DNA of 64,000 nucleotides from Mobula birostris (Eukaryota): NCBI RefSeq assembly GCF_030028105.1, contig NC_092375.1:32339130-32403129 (forward strand). The letters run 5' to 3'. The first letter of the stretch is position 1. Every line of letters begins with the position of its first letter. Of the stretch, positions 1 to 13,470 are shown one piece after another. The position numbers were made by a program, and so were the translations under genes. The notes under the pieces were generated by a model. It did no database searches. It saw only the letters and a list, made by a program, of their open reading frames with translations, and was not told the origin of the DNA.

Positions 1-3000
1 TAACTTGAGAGAATAGGGGTATGTAGACAGAGCCAGTGTTTTGTTCTGGGTGTCAGATGTGGGATTTCTGGGAGACTATCAGCCTCCTGGATGGCCACAT
101 CTGCACCAGGTGCATCAAGATGCAGCTCCTCAGAAAACGTCTTAAGGATTGGAGCTGCAGCTCGATGACCTTTGGCTTGTTAGGGAAAGTGAAGAGGTAC
201 AGGGAGGTAGTCACCCCGAGGCTACAGGGACAAATAAACGGGTGACTGCCAGGAGAGGGAAGGCAGAACAGCAGAGAGTGGAGAGCACCCCTGTGGCTGT
301 CCTCCTCATTTTTGAGTACTGTAGTGGGGGACGACCTACCTGGAAGGAAGCAATAGTGGTGGTGCCTCTGGTACTGAGTCTGGCCCTGTGGCTCAGAAGG
401 GTAGGGAACTGAAGAGGATTGCTGTAATAATAGGGGACTCTAGAGTGAAGGAGACAGATAGGCGATTCTGTGGATGAGATGAAGAAACAAAGGTGGTAGT
501 TTGCTTTACAGATGCCAGGGTCCGCGATGTTTCTGAAGGCATCCACAATATCCTAAAAAGGGAGAATAGGCAGCCAGAAGTCGAGGTACATGTTGGTACC
601 AAAGACAAAGGTAGAAAAAGGGAGGTGGTCCTAAAAACAGAATACAGGTTAGAAGCAGGATAGTAATCTTGGGATTGCTGCCTGTGCCACGCGACAGTGA
701 GGATAGGAATAGAATAAGGTGGTAGATAAATGCATGGCTGAAGAATTGGAGTAGGGAGCAGGGATTCAGATGTCTGGAACATTGGGACCTCTTCTGGGCA
801 GGTGTGACCTGTACAAAATGGATGGGTTGTACTTGAATCTGAGGGGGACCAATATTCTTCTGGGCAGGTTTACTAAAGCCGTTGGGAGTGGCTTAAAGTA
901 ATATGGCAGGGGTATGGGAACCAGTATGATAGAGCTGAGGATGAGCCAGCAGGTTTACAAGTAGATGATGGATATAACATGAATGTAAGGAAGGACAAGC
1001 CAATGACTGGGTACAACTGCAGACAGAGCAAAGAGTTAAATTGTACCACAGAGGCAACATTCAAAAGGTCAAAGAATGCAAGACTGAAGGTGCTGTATTT
1101 AAATGCATGTAACATTCGGAATGAGGTGGACGAAGTCACTGAGTCATGGCTGAAAGAAGGCCATAGTTGGGAGCTTAACATCAAAGGATATAATTTGTAT
1201 TGCAAGGACAGGTAGGAAGGCAAAGGCTGTGGCATGGCTCTGTTGGTAAAGAGATGGAATCACATCTTTAGAAAGAGGTGACTCAGGGTCAGAGAATGTT
1301 GAATCTTCATGGGTGGAGTTAAGAAACTGCAAGGGTAAAAAAAATTATGGGAATCATTCCTAGGCCTCCAAATAGTAGCCAAGTTGTGGGGTTGAACTGC
1401 AAAAGGAGCTGGAAAAGGCATACAATAAGAGTAATGTCACAATTGTAATGGGAGACTTCAATATGCAAGGGGATTGGGAAAATCAGGTTGGTGTTGGATC
1501 ACAAGAGAGGGAATTTGTTGAATGCCTACAAGATGGCTTTTTAAGAGCAGCTTGAGCTTACTAGGGGAAAGGCCATCTTAGATTGCATGTTGTGTTAAAT
1601 AACCCAGACCTTATTAGGGAGCTTAATGTAAAGGAACCCTTAGGAGACAGTGACCATAATATGATTAAATTCATTCTGATACTCGAGAGGGAGAATCAAA
1701 GCCACATATATCAGTATCATAATAGAATAAAGGAATTACAGAGGCATGAGAGAGGAGCTTATCCATGTGGATTGGACGATGATACTGGTGGGAATGATTG
1801 CAGAGTTTCTGGGAATAGTTCACAAGACACAGAATAAATACATCCCACAGAAGTTGTTCTCAAATGGCAGGGTAGCCAACCATGGCTGACAAGGGAAGTT
1901 AAGGACTGCATTAAAGGCAAGGAAAGGGCACACAAGATAGCAAAAGTGAGTGGGAAGTTGGATGATTGGGAAGCTTTTAAAATCCAACAACAGGCAAAAA
2001 AAGCTACAAAGGAAAAGATGAAATATGAGGACAAACTATCCAATAACATAAAGCAGGATACAAAAAGTTTTTCAGCTTTATAAAGAGTAAAAGTTAATAT
2101 AGTTGATATTGGACCACTGGACAATGATGCTGGTAAGGTCATAATTGATGACAAGGAAATGGCAGATAAACTAAATGGGAACTTTGCACCAGTCTTCACT
2201 GTGGCAGACACCAGCAGTGTGCCAGAGGTCCGTGAGTGTCAGGGAGCAGGAGTGAGTGCCACTGCTGCTACAAACGGGTGCTAGGCAAACTGAAAAATCT
2301 TAGGGTGGATAAATCACCTTTACCAGATGGACTACGTCCCAGAGTCCTGAAAGGGGTTCCTGAAGAGATGATAGATGCATTGGTCATGATCTTTCAAGAA
2401 TCGCTGGATTCCAGAAGACTGGAAAATTGCAAATGTCACTCAATCTTTAAAAAGGGAACAAGGCAAAAGAAAGGAAATTATAGGCCAGATAGCCTAAACT
2501 CAGTGGTTCGAAAAGTGGAGTCGATTATTAAGGATGAGGTTTCGGGGTACTTGGAGATGAATGATAAAATAAGTCAAATTCAGCATGATTTCTGTAATGG
2601 GAAATCTTGCCTGACAAATCTGTCAGAATTCTTCGAGGAGGTAACCAGCAGGTTGGACAATGGAGAGGCAGTCGATCTCCACCCACAAGGCTATATAACA
2701 AGATAAATTCCTAAGTTGTTACAAGAAAGATACTGGCATGGATAGAGCAACGGCTGACTTGCAGGAGGCAGCAAGTGAGAATAAAGGGGCATTTTCTGGT
2801 TGGCTGCCAGTGACTAGTGGTGTTCTCCAGGGTCAGTATTGGGACCGCTACTTTCCACATTGTTTGCCAATAATTTAGATAAGGGAATTGATGGCTTTGT
2901 GGCAAAGTTTGCAGATGATACAAAGATTGGTGGAGAGGTAGGTTCTGCTGAGGAAGCAATGTGATTGCAGCAAGACTTAGACAAATTGGAAGAATGGGCA

Positions 3001-3518
3001 AAATAGTGGTTGATTGAATGCAGTGTTGGGAAATGTATGATAATGCACTTTGATAAAAGGAACAATAGTGCAGACTGTTATCTAAATGGGGAGAAAATTC
3101 AAACATCAGTGGTGCAGAGGGACTTAGGCATCCTCATGCAAGACTCCCAGAAGGTTAATTTACAGGTTCAGTCTATGGTTAAGAAGGATGTGAGAGGCTG
3201 TTTCCTAGGGTATGGGGGAAATCCAGAACTAGAGGGCACAGCCTCAAAACTGAAGGGTGACCCTTTAGAAGAGAGTTAAGGAGGATTTTTTTTAGCCTGA
3301 CATAATAAATCTGAAGAATGCTCTGCCACAGACAGTGGTGGAGGCCAAGTCCGTGGGTATATTTAAAGTGGAAGTTGATAGTTTACTCTTTGGTCAGGGC
3401 ATCAAAGGATATGGCTTGAAGGCAAGTATATAGAGCTCAGTGGGATCCGGGATCAGCCATGATGAAATAGCGAGCAGACTTGACTGGCTGAATGGCGTAA
3501 TTCTGCTCCTACATCTTA
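1..3518 (+). mobile_element. CR1-clade LINE, long degenerate copy (ORF1 zinc-finger/SGNH-esterase remnant, ORF2 EN-RT remnant)
   Basis: CSGCQMW..CTRC zinc finger, IIGDS esterase motif, LYLNACNIRN and GDSDHN endonuclease motifs, KSP.PDG, NYRP and KFADDTK RT motifs, many stops and frameshifts, an internal deletion near 3185, and a CR1-type 3' end. Confidence 0.9.
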
Positions 3519-3780
3519 CAGTCTCTGTAAATATCTCTGTTAGGACTGCTGCAGTTTCTGCACTAGCCTTCCACAGGATCCGAGGGAATACCTCGTCAAA
3601 GCCTGGGGATTTATCCACCCGTATTTGCCTCAAGACAGCAATCAGCTCCTGCTCTGTAATCTGTATACAGTTCCTGACCTCGCTGCTGCTTTGCCTCACT
3701 TCAGTAAACTTTGTGTCTGTCTCCCAAGTAAATACTGATCTCCATCTCCCTTGGCTGCACACACAAAGTATCACACTGAT
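3519..3780 (-). mobile_element. CR1 ORF2 fragment
   Basis: IRVDKSPGFDEVFPRILWKA in ORF 3394..3825. Confidence 0.7.
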
Positions 3781-3959
3781 CTTCCATAGCACCAATTTTG
3801 TCCCTTGCTCTCTGTTTCTCCTCAACCATCAGACTCTTCGACTGCCCCATCACTGGACTGAACAAACACCAGTAAGAGGAAGGCAATGAAAAGTTTGTCA
3901 AAACAAAGGCACAGAGCTTTAATACAATAGGAACAGACATGAGTGAAGGCAAGTTATAG

Positions 3960-5642
3960 AAAAACATAGAAAACCTACAGCACAATACAGGCCCTTCGGG
4001 CCACAAAGCTGTGCCGAACACGTCCTTAACTCAGAAATTACCTAGGGTTACCCATAGCCCTCTATTCCTCTGAGCTCCATGTACCCATCCAGGAGTCTCT
4101 TAAAAGACACCGTCGCCGGCAGCCCATTCAACGCACTCACCACTCTCTGCGTAAAAAACTTACCCCTGACATCTCCTCTGTACCTACTTCCAAGCACCTT
4201 AAAACTGTGCCCTCTCGTGCTAAGTATTTCAGCCCTGGGGAAAAAGCCTCTGACTATCCACACAATCAATGCCTCTCATCATCTTATACAGCTCTATCAG
4301 GTCTCATCCTCTGTCGCTCCAAAGAAAAAAGACGAGTTCACTCAACCTATTCTCATAAGGCTTGCTCCCCAATCCAGGCAACATTCTTGTAAATCTCCTC
4401 TCACCCTTTCAATGGTTTCCGCATCCTTCCTATAGTGAGGTGACCAGAAAAGAGCACAGTACTCCACGTGGGGTCTGACCAGGGTCCTATATAGCTGCAA
4501 CATTACCTCTCAACTCCTAAACTCAGTCCCACGATTGATGAAGGCCAATGCACCCTATGCTTTCTTAACTACAGAGTCAATCTGCGCAGCGGCTTTGAGT
4601 GTCCTATGGACTCAGACCCCAAGATCCTTCTGATCCTCCACGCTGCCAAGAGTCTTACCATTAATACTATATTCTGCCATCATATTTCACCTACTAAAAT
4701 GAACCACCTCACACTTATCTGGGTTGAACTCCATCTGCCACTTCTCAGCCCAGTCTTGCATCCTATCAGTGTCCTGCTGTAACCTCTGACAGCCCTCCAC
4801 ACTATCCACAACTCCTCCAACCTTTGTGTCATCAGCAAATATACTAACCCATCCCTCCGCTTCCTCAAACAGGTCATTTATAAAAGTCACGAAGAGTAGG
4901 GGTCCCAGAACAGATCCGAGGCACACCACTGGTCACCGACCTCCATGCAGAATATGACCCGTCGACAACCACTCTTTGCCTTCTGTGGGCGAGCCAGTTC
5001 TGGGTCCACAAAGCAATGTCCCTTTGGATCCCATGCCTCCTTATTTTCTCAATAAGCCTGGCATGGGATATCTTGTCAAATGCCTTGCTGAAATCCATAT
5101 ACACATCTACTGCTCTACCTTCATCAATGTGTTTCGTCACATCCTCAAAAAATTCAATTAGGCTCGTAAGGCACGACCTGCCTTTGACAAAGCCATGCTG
5201 ACTATTCCTAATCATATTATACCTCTCCAAATGTTCATAAATTCTGCCTCTCAGGATCTTCTCCATCAACTTACCAACCGCTGAAGTAAGACTCACTGGT
5301 CTATAATTTCCTGGGCTATCTCTACTCCTTTTATTGAACAATGGAAGGACATCCACAACCCTCCAATCCTCCAGGACCTCTCCCGGCCCCATTGATGATG
5401 AAAGATCATCACCAGAGGCTCAGCAATCTCCTCCTTCACCTCCCACAGTAGCCTGGGATACATCTTATTGGTCCCGGTGACTTATCCAACTTAATGCTTT
5501 CCTAAAGCTCCAGCACATTCTCTTTCTTAATATCTACATGCTCAAGCTTTTCAGTCCTACGATCGCCAAGGTCCTTCTCTGTAGTGAATCCTGAAGCGAA
5601 GTACTCATTAAGTACCTCTGCTATCTCCTCCGGTTCCATACA
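3960..5642 (-). mobile_element. CR1 LINE, 5'-truncated, young subfamily
   Basis: RT motifs NYRPVSLTS, QHGFVKGRSCLTSL, DFSKAFD and FADDTKV, and a 3' tail (ttctatgt-like) at 3960-3975. Nearly the same sequence as 20416-22386 and 46160-47425. Confidence 0.93.
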
Positions 5643-6059
5643 TATCTGATTTAATTTTACTGTCAGGGAGTGAGATAAAAGTCTGTGGAATGGAATGTAC
5701 CGCAGGATATGAAGGCAATGGTTTCACAATTGATCAAGTTGAGAAAAAAAAGATTTAGGAAAGAGTATGGGAATGAAATTCAGAACTCTTTCAATCAATC
5801 ACATCTACACGACAGGCTCTGAGCAATCCTTGCGCTGTAGAGTTCTATTTCTCCTATAACTTTAGGTTTAACTGAAGTTTAGTATAACCAATCATAATTT
5901 ATTTAGTTTTTAATTTTATTCCTTTTAGCTTTGATGGCATCCTGTATCATAAAACTCAATATTCCCCTCTCCATCCTGCTAGAATACCATCCCTGGCAAT
6001 AATTATTGTAAGCAATAACTTGAAAACAGATAAACATTTCACAGAAGTTGCTTAATTAC

Positions 6060-6165
6060 CTATGAGCTTTTGGCAATCTTCTTGAATTAATGTTTGTTCA
6101 GGCAGATCGAGAGATCCATCCCATGATCCCAGACTACCTACTTTCCCTGCTACATTAAGTGAAAT
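6060..6165 (-). CDS. TBC1D23: TBC1D23 coding exon 3 (ISLNVAGKVGSLGSWDGSLDLPEQTLIQEDCQKLI)
   Basis: Acceptor tacttttcAG, donor G|GTAATT, 106 nt, in phase with exon 2. It matches human [35 protein letters not shown]. It is not in the ORF track and was read manually. Downstream exons lie beyond position 1. Confidence 0.95.
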
Positions 6166-6554
6166 CTGAAAAGTAGAACCAGTTAAAATTTAAAAGCATC
6201 ACAGAAAATAATATTTTGCATTGATATGGTGCTGCTTTTAGAATGCATTAACAATTGCAATGTAGGCAAAGACAAAATGCATACAACACAGACTTAAAAA
6301 CAATTAGATGAGTAGATTATTTTGGGACTAAAATAAGCAAAAATGCTGTAAATGCTCAGGATGGCTGCAAGCATTTCAGGAGACAGAAATAAAATTTACA
6401 TTTTAGTTTAATAAATTTTCATCAGAACTGGGAATCATTATAAATCAACAAGTAGGAAGATGCAGAAAAAGGTAAAGACTAAAGGTGGCACAGGAAAAGA
6501 GAAATATGATTAAGGACCCAGACTACCCTAGAAGGGGAAAACCACAATTGAAAC

Positions 6555-7318
6555 AAAAAGGAAGCCATCTTAAAGCATTGACACACAAGGTGGAATTACA
6601 AAGAAGTAAATGCAATGAGACAGAGAAACTGGGAGAATGGAAATGTGCTCACAAAAATGACTGGGTCAAGATAGTGAGAGAATCAGTAAACTGATAGTAG
6701 TTACTAACTGGCAGCCCAGATCCTGAAATTTACTCTTTATTCATTCACAGAATAAAGATATTTAACAGCTAGGTATGTTAATAAAAAGGGGAAGAGTCTG
6801 AAAGTTGGATGGAAATTGGTAGTAAAATTTTAGATAGATTAAGGTGATGGGAAAGAGGCAAAGGAGGACACCAAGCATTAATTGGAAGAAAGAATTTTCA
6901 CATATTCCAAAGTTAAACAGATGCATATGGATTCCAATGGCAAACATTTTTATATGGAGAGAGTGAATGGAGTTAAAACTGAAAGCTTTCACTGAATGCT
7001 TGGTATTCCTCCTTTGCCTCTTTTCCATTACCTTAATCCATTTAGTGCTTTTGCTATCAATTTCCATCCTGCTTTCAGACTCTTCCCCTTTTTACTAACA
7101 CACCTAGTTGTTAAACATCTTTATTCTGTGAATGAATAAAGAGTAAATTTCAGGATCTCGGCTGCCAGCTAGTAATTACCAGCTTACTGACTCTCTCATC
7201 TTGACCCAGCCAATTTTGTGAGGACTTATTTCCATTCTCTCAGTTTCTCTGTTTCATGGCATTCGCTTCTTTGTACCTCCACCTTACACATCAATGCTTC
7301 CAAGCTAACTTCCTTTTT
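6555..7318. repeat. Long imperfect inverted repeat (arms ~6555-6879 and ~6995-7318, spacer ~115 bp)
   Basis: For example, CCTGAAATTTACTCTTTATTCATTCACAGAATAAAGAT at 6722 is the reverse complement of the sequence at ~7118-7155. The mirrored ORF peptides KVELQRSKCNETEKLGEWK (+) and KVEVQRSECHETEKLREWK (-) confirm it. Confidence 0.9.
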
Positions 7319-7384
7319 AACATTCAGTCTGGTGGAGATCTGAAGTGGGGCATTAACTGGATCTGTGTTCAAATAAGAAGTGAA

Positions 7385-9580
7385 GAGCTGCTCAAGATTA
7401 AGATTGTTTAATATCATTTCCAGTGCCCAAGTGTAAAGAACAAAATAATTGTTTTCCATATCTGATGAAGCACAAAACAATAAAATAACATAAAAACCCA
7501 ACACAACAAATATAAATACATAATCTAGCTTATGTGCATAGATTGATTTATGACCATAAAGTGACACTGGGCACAGGACTATCTGTACATAAAGTGACTG
7601 ACAGAAAATGAGTACTGGTGGTAGGGAAGTGGAGGGTTTGATATGTTGATTAGCCTTACTGCTTTAGGGAAAGTAACTGTTTATGAGTATGGTGATCCTG
7701 GAGGGGTGATGCTACATAGCCTCCTCCATAATGGAAGTGGGACAAACAGTCCATGAGCAGGCTGTATGGGATCCTTCGTGATATTACTGGTCCTTATCTG
7801 GCACCTCTATGCATATTAGATTAGATTCAACTTTATTGTCATTGTGCCGAGTACAGATACAAAGCCAATGAAATGCAGCTAGCATCTAACCAGAAATGCA
7901 AAGAATAGTGTCATTTACAAAATAACTGTGAATAAAAATTAAGTGCTACAGCACACAAATATAAAAGTACTGAGACAGTACAATATGGGTGCAATACTGC
8001 TTAGCGCTGTGATGTGAGGTTCAGCAGGGTCACAGCCTCAGGGAAGAAGCTCTTCCTGTGCCTGCTGGTGCGGGAGCAGAGACTCCTGTAGCACCTACCA
8101 GATGGGAGGAGAGTAAAAAGTCCATGGTTAGGGTGAAATGTATCCCTGATAATGCTTTTCGCCCTGCCCAGGCAGTGTTTATGGTAGATGTTCTCAATGG
8201 TGGACAATTGGGTGCCAATAATCCGCTGGGCAGTTTTCACCACACGCTGGAGTGCTTTGCGGTCCGATACGGGACAATTGCCATACCACACTGAGATGCA
8301 GTTGGTGAATATACTCTCAATGGTACAGCAGTAAAAGTCCATCAGTATCCTGGGACAGAGGTGAGCTTTCTTGATGCTCCGCAGGAAATAAAGGCACTGT
8401 TGTGCTTTTTTGATTAGGACATATGCCCTTAATGGTAGGTAGGCTGGTACCGGTGGTGGGTTTGGCAGTTTTGACTACCCACGGCCTTCCTGTTTGCCAC
8501 AGTGCAGTTTCCATACCATGCAGTGATGCAGCTTGTTAGGATGCGCGTATAGATATACATAGTCTAGCTCTCTTCAGCCTCCTCAGAAGGTAGAAGCATT
8601 GGTGAGCTTTCCTGATTGCGTATGTGTTCTGCGACCATAAAAGGTTGTGCAAGATGTGCTGTGCACACCCAGGACTTTGAACCTGCTTGCAGTTTCCACT
8701 GCTGTGCCGCCGATGTAAAGAGGGGTGTGAGTGGTGTGAGTTCTCTTGGAGCCATCTCCTTCGGCTTGTTGACATCGAGGAAGAGGTTACTTGCCTGGCA
8801 CCTGACCTTGAGCTCTACCACTTGACCTCGAGCTCTACCATCTCCTCTCTGCAGGCTTTCTCATCATTGTTGATGATCTTCTTATCGTGTCCACGGACAC
8901 TCTATACATGGCCCAGCCAAATCTGGACACAGTTTTGCACCTTTTTGTTGAATTCAGCAAGATCTGCAACAGTATAGGGTTCCTCTAGCAATGGGCATTG
9001 CATGATAAGCCTCACCACTGTTGTGTCATCAGCAAACTTGAAAATATGATTACTTGGTGTTTGGCTGTGCAATCATGTGTTAGCAGAGCGTACAGCAATG
9101 GGCTCAGTACACAGTCCGGGGGGGAGGGGGTGGGGAGGATGTTGTGGGAGGCACCTACATTGAGGATGATGGGGATGGAGAAGCAGTTCTACATCATGGC
9201 TACGAGAGTTCTGTTGGTTAGGAAGCCCATCACCCAGTTCCACAGTGTACTGTGAATGAGTAAAATTTTGTTCACCAGGGTCTATGGGACAATAGTGTTG
9301 AACACTGAGGTGAAATCCAGAAACAACATTCTGACATGCGTTCTTGTTTTCTAGGTGTGTCAGGGTCAAATGCATGGCATCTGGCATAGAGCGGTTCAGT
9401 CGGTAAGCAAATTGGTGAATGTCCAATGGCTTTTGATACGTGCAGCCTTTCAAAGCACTTCATAATAATTAGCAGTAGTCACTTAGGTCTGAATGTGTAG
9501 AGTTCTTTTGTACCGGGATGATGGTGGCTGATTTGATGCATGTGAGGACAACAGCCTGAATGAGTGAAGTACTAAAGATG
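7385..9580 (-). mobile_element. Rex1/Babar-type LINE remnant (host copy, interrupted at 7817-8419)
   Basis: MKCFERL, HQFAYR and KFADDTT RT motifs; the 3' end is near 7390-7440. Confidence 0.7.
7817..8419 (-). mobile_element. Younger Rex1/Babar-type LINE 3' end nested in the older copy
   Basis: ORF 8001..8342 (FYCCTIESIFTNCISVWYGNC...HPNHGLFTLLPSGR), a (TCTAA)n tail, and flanking CATAT repeats at 7812-7816 and 8420-8424 (candidate TSD). Confidence 0.8.
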
Positions 9581-10123
9581 TTGGAGTTGAAGGCTTGGGG
9601 AGTTTATTATTCATGGCATATATTAAAGCATAGAAGTAACTTGGACATTGCAAGTATCCTGTTGGTTTTGAACAATTAGGGTCATGGTACCTTTTCTATC
9701 TCAGTTGATAGTATCTAAATTTAATGCACCATGAGAAAGGTGGCACTTTGAATATGCAGTAATCCCTTAGCGTTGCACTGAAAATATGTTCAAGTCACCA
9801 CTGTGTGCCTTGCACTCAGAAATTTCTAATTTATAATTTAGTGTACTGGCACTTGGCCAAGGCACACATAATAGGGTCAGTCCATTTCCCATTAAACAAC
9901 CACAGCCAAGTTCATAACTTTTCATCCTTAAATCATTTAGAAGGAAGTACAGTGTCAGGTAGCAGAGATTAAAATAATTCTACCTTAGCTGAATGTAAAG
10001 TCTTCTGCACAGTACTGTATATTGGTTGGTTAAAATGGAAAGGTGGTTGGGAAAAATAATACTTAGCTTTGTATTATCTCAGTAGTATTAAGTGTCATTT
10101 GGTAACTGGAAAGACATAGTATA

Positions 10124-10186
10124 CAGTACTGTGCAAAAGTCTTAGGCACCTTGGCTATATGTGCTCAAGACTTTTGTACACTACTG
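10124..10186. mobile_element. 63-bp Tc1/mariner-type MITE
   Basis: Inverted termini CAGTACTGTGCAAAAGTCTT ... AAGACTTTTGTACACTACTG, flanked by TA on both sides. Confidence 0.75.
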
Positions 10187-10374
10187 TATCAATATTGTTT
10201 GAAGGCACAGGAATAGGTCATTCACTCAAGTCTTATAATAAAAAGCAACAGAAACCTCTGATGGAGAAGTGTAAGTAATACATTTCGATGGGTGGAATAC
10301 CAAGAGGCAATATTGAAACAAGGCATAGTTCAAACAGCACAGGTGGAAAGGAACTGAGGGTTTGTGGGAAGCAC

Positions 10375-10620
10375 TGCGGTGCACCTATTAGAACTGTTGT
10401 CTCACAGTGCCAGAAACCCCAGTTCGATCATTACTTCAGATGATGTCAGTGTGGGATGTGCATATTTGCCCTATGAGGACACGGATTTCATCCTGATTTT
10501 CCCAGTTTCTCCCAAATTCCAAAAGCAAGCAAGTTGGTAGATTGACTAGCGACTGTAAATTGGCCCAGGATTGTAGATGAGTGGCAGAATAAAGGTGGAG
10601 ATGATGAAAATGTAGGGAGA
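10375..10620 (+). mobile_element. Degenerate tRNA-derived V-SINE (HE1-like)
   Basis: B-box-like CAGTTCGATC followed by a V-domain-like 'gtttctcccaaattccaaaag...tgtaaattggccc'. Confidence 0.55.
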
Positions 10621-10771
10621 ATACTTTGGAATAGGAACAATGTCATTAAGATGGAAAGAGTGCAGAAATTATTTGCAAGGATGTTGCCAGGACTGGAGGG
10701 ACTGAGTTATTAGGGAGGCTGAGCAGGTTTGGACTTTATTCATTGAAGCATTTAAGAATGAAGGGTGATCT

Positions 10772-12669
10772 CATATCTTGGGATTAAAATTACTTGTAAA
10801 CACAAAGATTTATTTAAGATTAATTTTTTACCCTTAATTGACCATATTATTCAACTTTCATCTAAATGGTTTCCATTATATTTAACTTTGATTGGTCGTA
10901 TTAATGCAGTTAAGATGTTTTTTCTGCCAAAATTTTTATATATATTTCAGGCATTACCGATTTTTGTTCTAAAATCTTTTTTTGATAAAGTTGACTCAAA
11001 AATTTCTTCATTTATTTGGCAAAATAAAAACCCGAGACTGGGTAAAATACATTTACAGAAAGCTAAGAGAGATGGAGGTTTAGCATTAAATTACCTAACT
11101 TTAGATTCTATTACTGGGCAATTAATATTCGACATATGAAATTTTGGTTACTTGACCAGGATATACTATCCATTCCTAAATGGGTAGCAATGGAATTACA
11201 ATCTGTTCAGGGCTATACACTTGGCTCTATTTTAGGTTCCTCTCTTCCTTTTGATTTGAAACGCCTCAAACAGGTGTCTAACCCGATAGTTAAATATACC
11301 TTACGTATTTGGTTTCAATTCAGAAAATTTTTTGATCTTAACCAATTTGGGCTAGCGATTCCTATTTTAGGTAACATTTTTTCCTCCCTCTTTCACAGAT
11401 CGTGCTTTTCAAATTTGGAAGACTAAGGGTATTTCACGGTTTTTGGATTTATTTTTAGATGGTTCCCTTATGTCTTTTGAACAATTATCTAATAAATATA
11501 ATTTATCAAGAATACATTTTTCTAGATATCTACAAGTTAGAAATTTCCTAAGTACTATATTTTCTTCCTTTCCAATGCTTCCTCCTACATATATTTTAGA
11601 TACTATAATTAACCTTAATCCATGTCAGAAAGGTGCATCGGCTATGATTTATAATATTATTATGAAACTTAGGAAAGCTGCATTTGATAAGATTAGGGTA
11701 GATTGGGAACAGGAATTGGGTTCTATCATTTCCGTGGATGACTGGGGGCAGATCTTACAATTAGTCAATACTTCCTCTATCTGTGCTAAACATTCCCTAA
11801 TTCAATTTAAAGTTGTTCATAGAGCACATATGTCCAAAGATAAATTAGCTCGTTTTTATTCTCATATTAATCCTTTTTGTGATAGATGTCCGGGGCAGAT
11901 AGCCTCCTTAACTCATCTGTTTTGGTCTTGTCCTACTCTGGAAACTTTTTGGAGAGACATTTTTAATATTATCTCAAAAGGTATTGAATATAGATATCTC
12001 TCCTCACCCTATTACTGCTATCTTTGGATTACCTAAAATTTCCAGTAATCTTTCTCTTTCAGCCCGTAGAATGATTGCATTTCTTACTTTAATGGCGAAA
12101 AGATGTATCTTACAACATTGGAAAGAGCTTAATGCTCCAACTACCTTTTTTTGGTTTTCTCAGATGATATTATGCTTGAATTTGGAGAAAATTAGAAGCA
12201 ATCTCTATGATTCCTCACTTAAATTTGAACAGACCTGGAGATCTTTTATTCAATATTTTCATTTAATGTAATTTTTTTTTCTTCTCTTTTTTGCTCCATA
12301 TTTATATTCCCTTCTTGTTTTTTTTTACTGTTTTTAATGGAGGTTGGGTTTGAGGACGTGATTTTAAGTTCTTTAACTCTACTTGGTTCCAAGTTAGCCC
12401 ATTGCTTTGCTTTGCTTTTAGTTTAGTTGCACGGTGGGTTTTTTTTTGGGGGGGTTTTTTTGGGGTTTTTTTTTCCTTTTCTCTATTGATATATATATAA
12501 AAATTAGTATACTATTATGTTACCTTATTGTTATGTTTAAATTACATTGTTTGTATCATTTTTTTATCTGTATTAATATCTCCTGTAATTTTATTATATT
12601 CTAACAGTGTATTAGTGCCTATATGGCTTACCTTTTTGTATACTTATTCAATAAAAAGATTTAAAAAGA
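10772..12669 (+). mobile_element. 5'-truncated L1-clade LINE inserted into a CR1 fragment
   Basis: YLGI and LIGRINAVKM motifs, GGLAL, the CCHC finger CDRC..LTHLFWSCPTL, a T-rich 3'UTR, AATAAA at 12650, and an 18-bp TSD AAGAATGA(A)(G/A)GGTGATCT at 10754-10771 and 12670-12687. Confidence 0.93.
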
Positions 12670-13470
12670 AAGAATGAAAGGTGATCTTAGAGGAGTACAA
12701 AATCATGAGGTGCATACATCGGGTAAATACACATTTGTGAAGAAGAAATGCTGCCTGGATTAAAGAGCATATAAGGTTGGGCGAAGTAGGGCTTTTCTCT
12801 TTGGAGCAAAGGAGGATGAGAGGTGACTTGATGGAGGTGTACACAATGGTAAGAGGCAGACAATGAACAGCCAATACCTTTCTGCCAAGGTTGCAATAGC
12901 TAACACAAGAGGACGTACTTAAGGTAATTAGAGAAAAGTACACTGGAATGTCAGAGGTATGAATTTTTATTTTACAGTGAGTGATGGGTGCATGGAACAC
13001 GCTGCTAAGGGTGAGGGTAGAGTCAGATACATTAGGAACATTTAAGAAACTCTTTAGATATGTACATGGATGAGAGAAAAATGGAAGGCTTTGTGGGAAG
13101 GAAGTGTTATGTTGACCTTGAAGTACGTTTGTAGGTTAAAGGGTTCATTATAGGCTGTACTGTTCCATTTCTATCTTTTTTCCCATGGCAATGGAAGCAA
13201 GAACTAGAGGGTATAGGTTTAAGCTCAAGGGCAGAGATTTGACAATAACCTCAAGGGCAAATTGTTCATCCAAAGGAATGCTCATATATGGATTGAGCTG
13301 CCGGAAGAAGTGGTTGAGACAGGTACATTAACAATATTTAAGGGGTATTTAGACAGGTACATGGACAATAAAGTTTTAAAGGGATATAGGCCAAAGGTGG
13401 GCAATGGGACTAGCTTACATGGGCATTTTGATTGGCATTACCAGCTGAACGAAGAGTCCATATTGCAAGG
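12670..13470 (+). mobile_element. Cluster of old CR1 3' fragments (continuation of the 10640-10771 host plus a further nested copy)
   Basis: Repeated CR1 3' motifs 'ttggagcaaaggaggatgagaggtgac' and WIELPEEVVETGTLTIFKGYLDRYM. Confidence 0.7.

Noticed and set aside
8803-8842. Direct repeat GAGCTCTACCA x2
   Set aside because: It is a local ~20-bp slippage duplication within a dead LINE, not an array.
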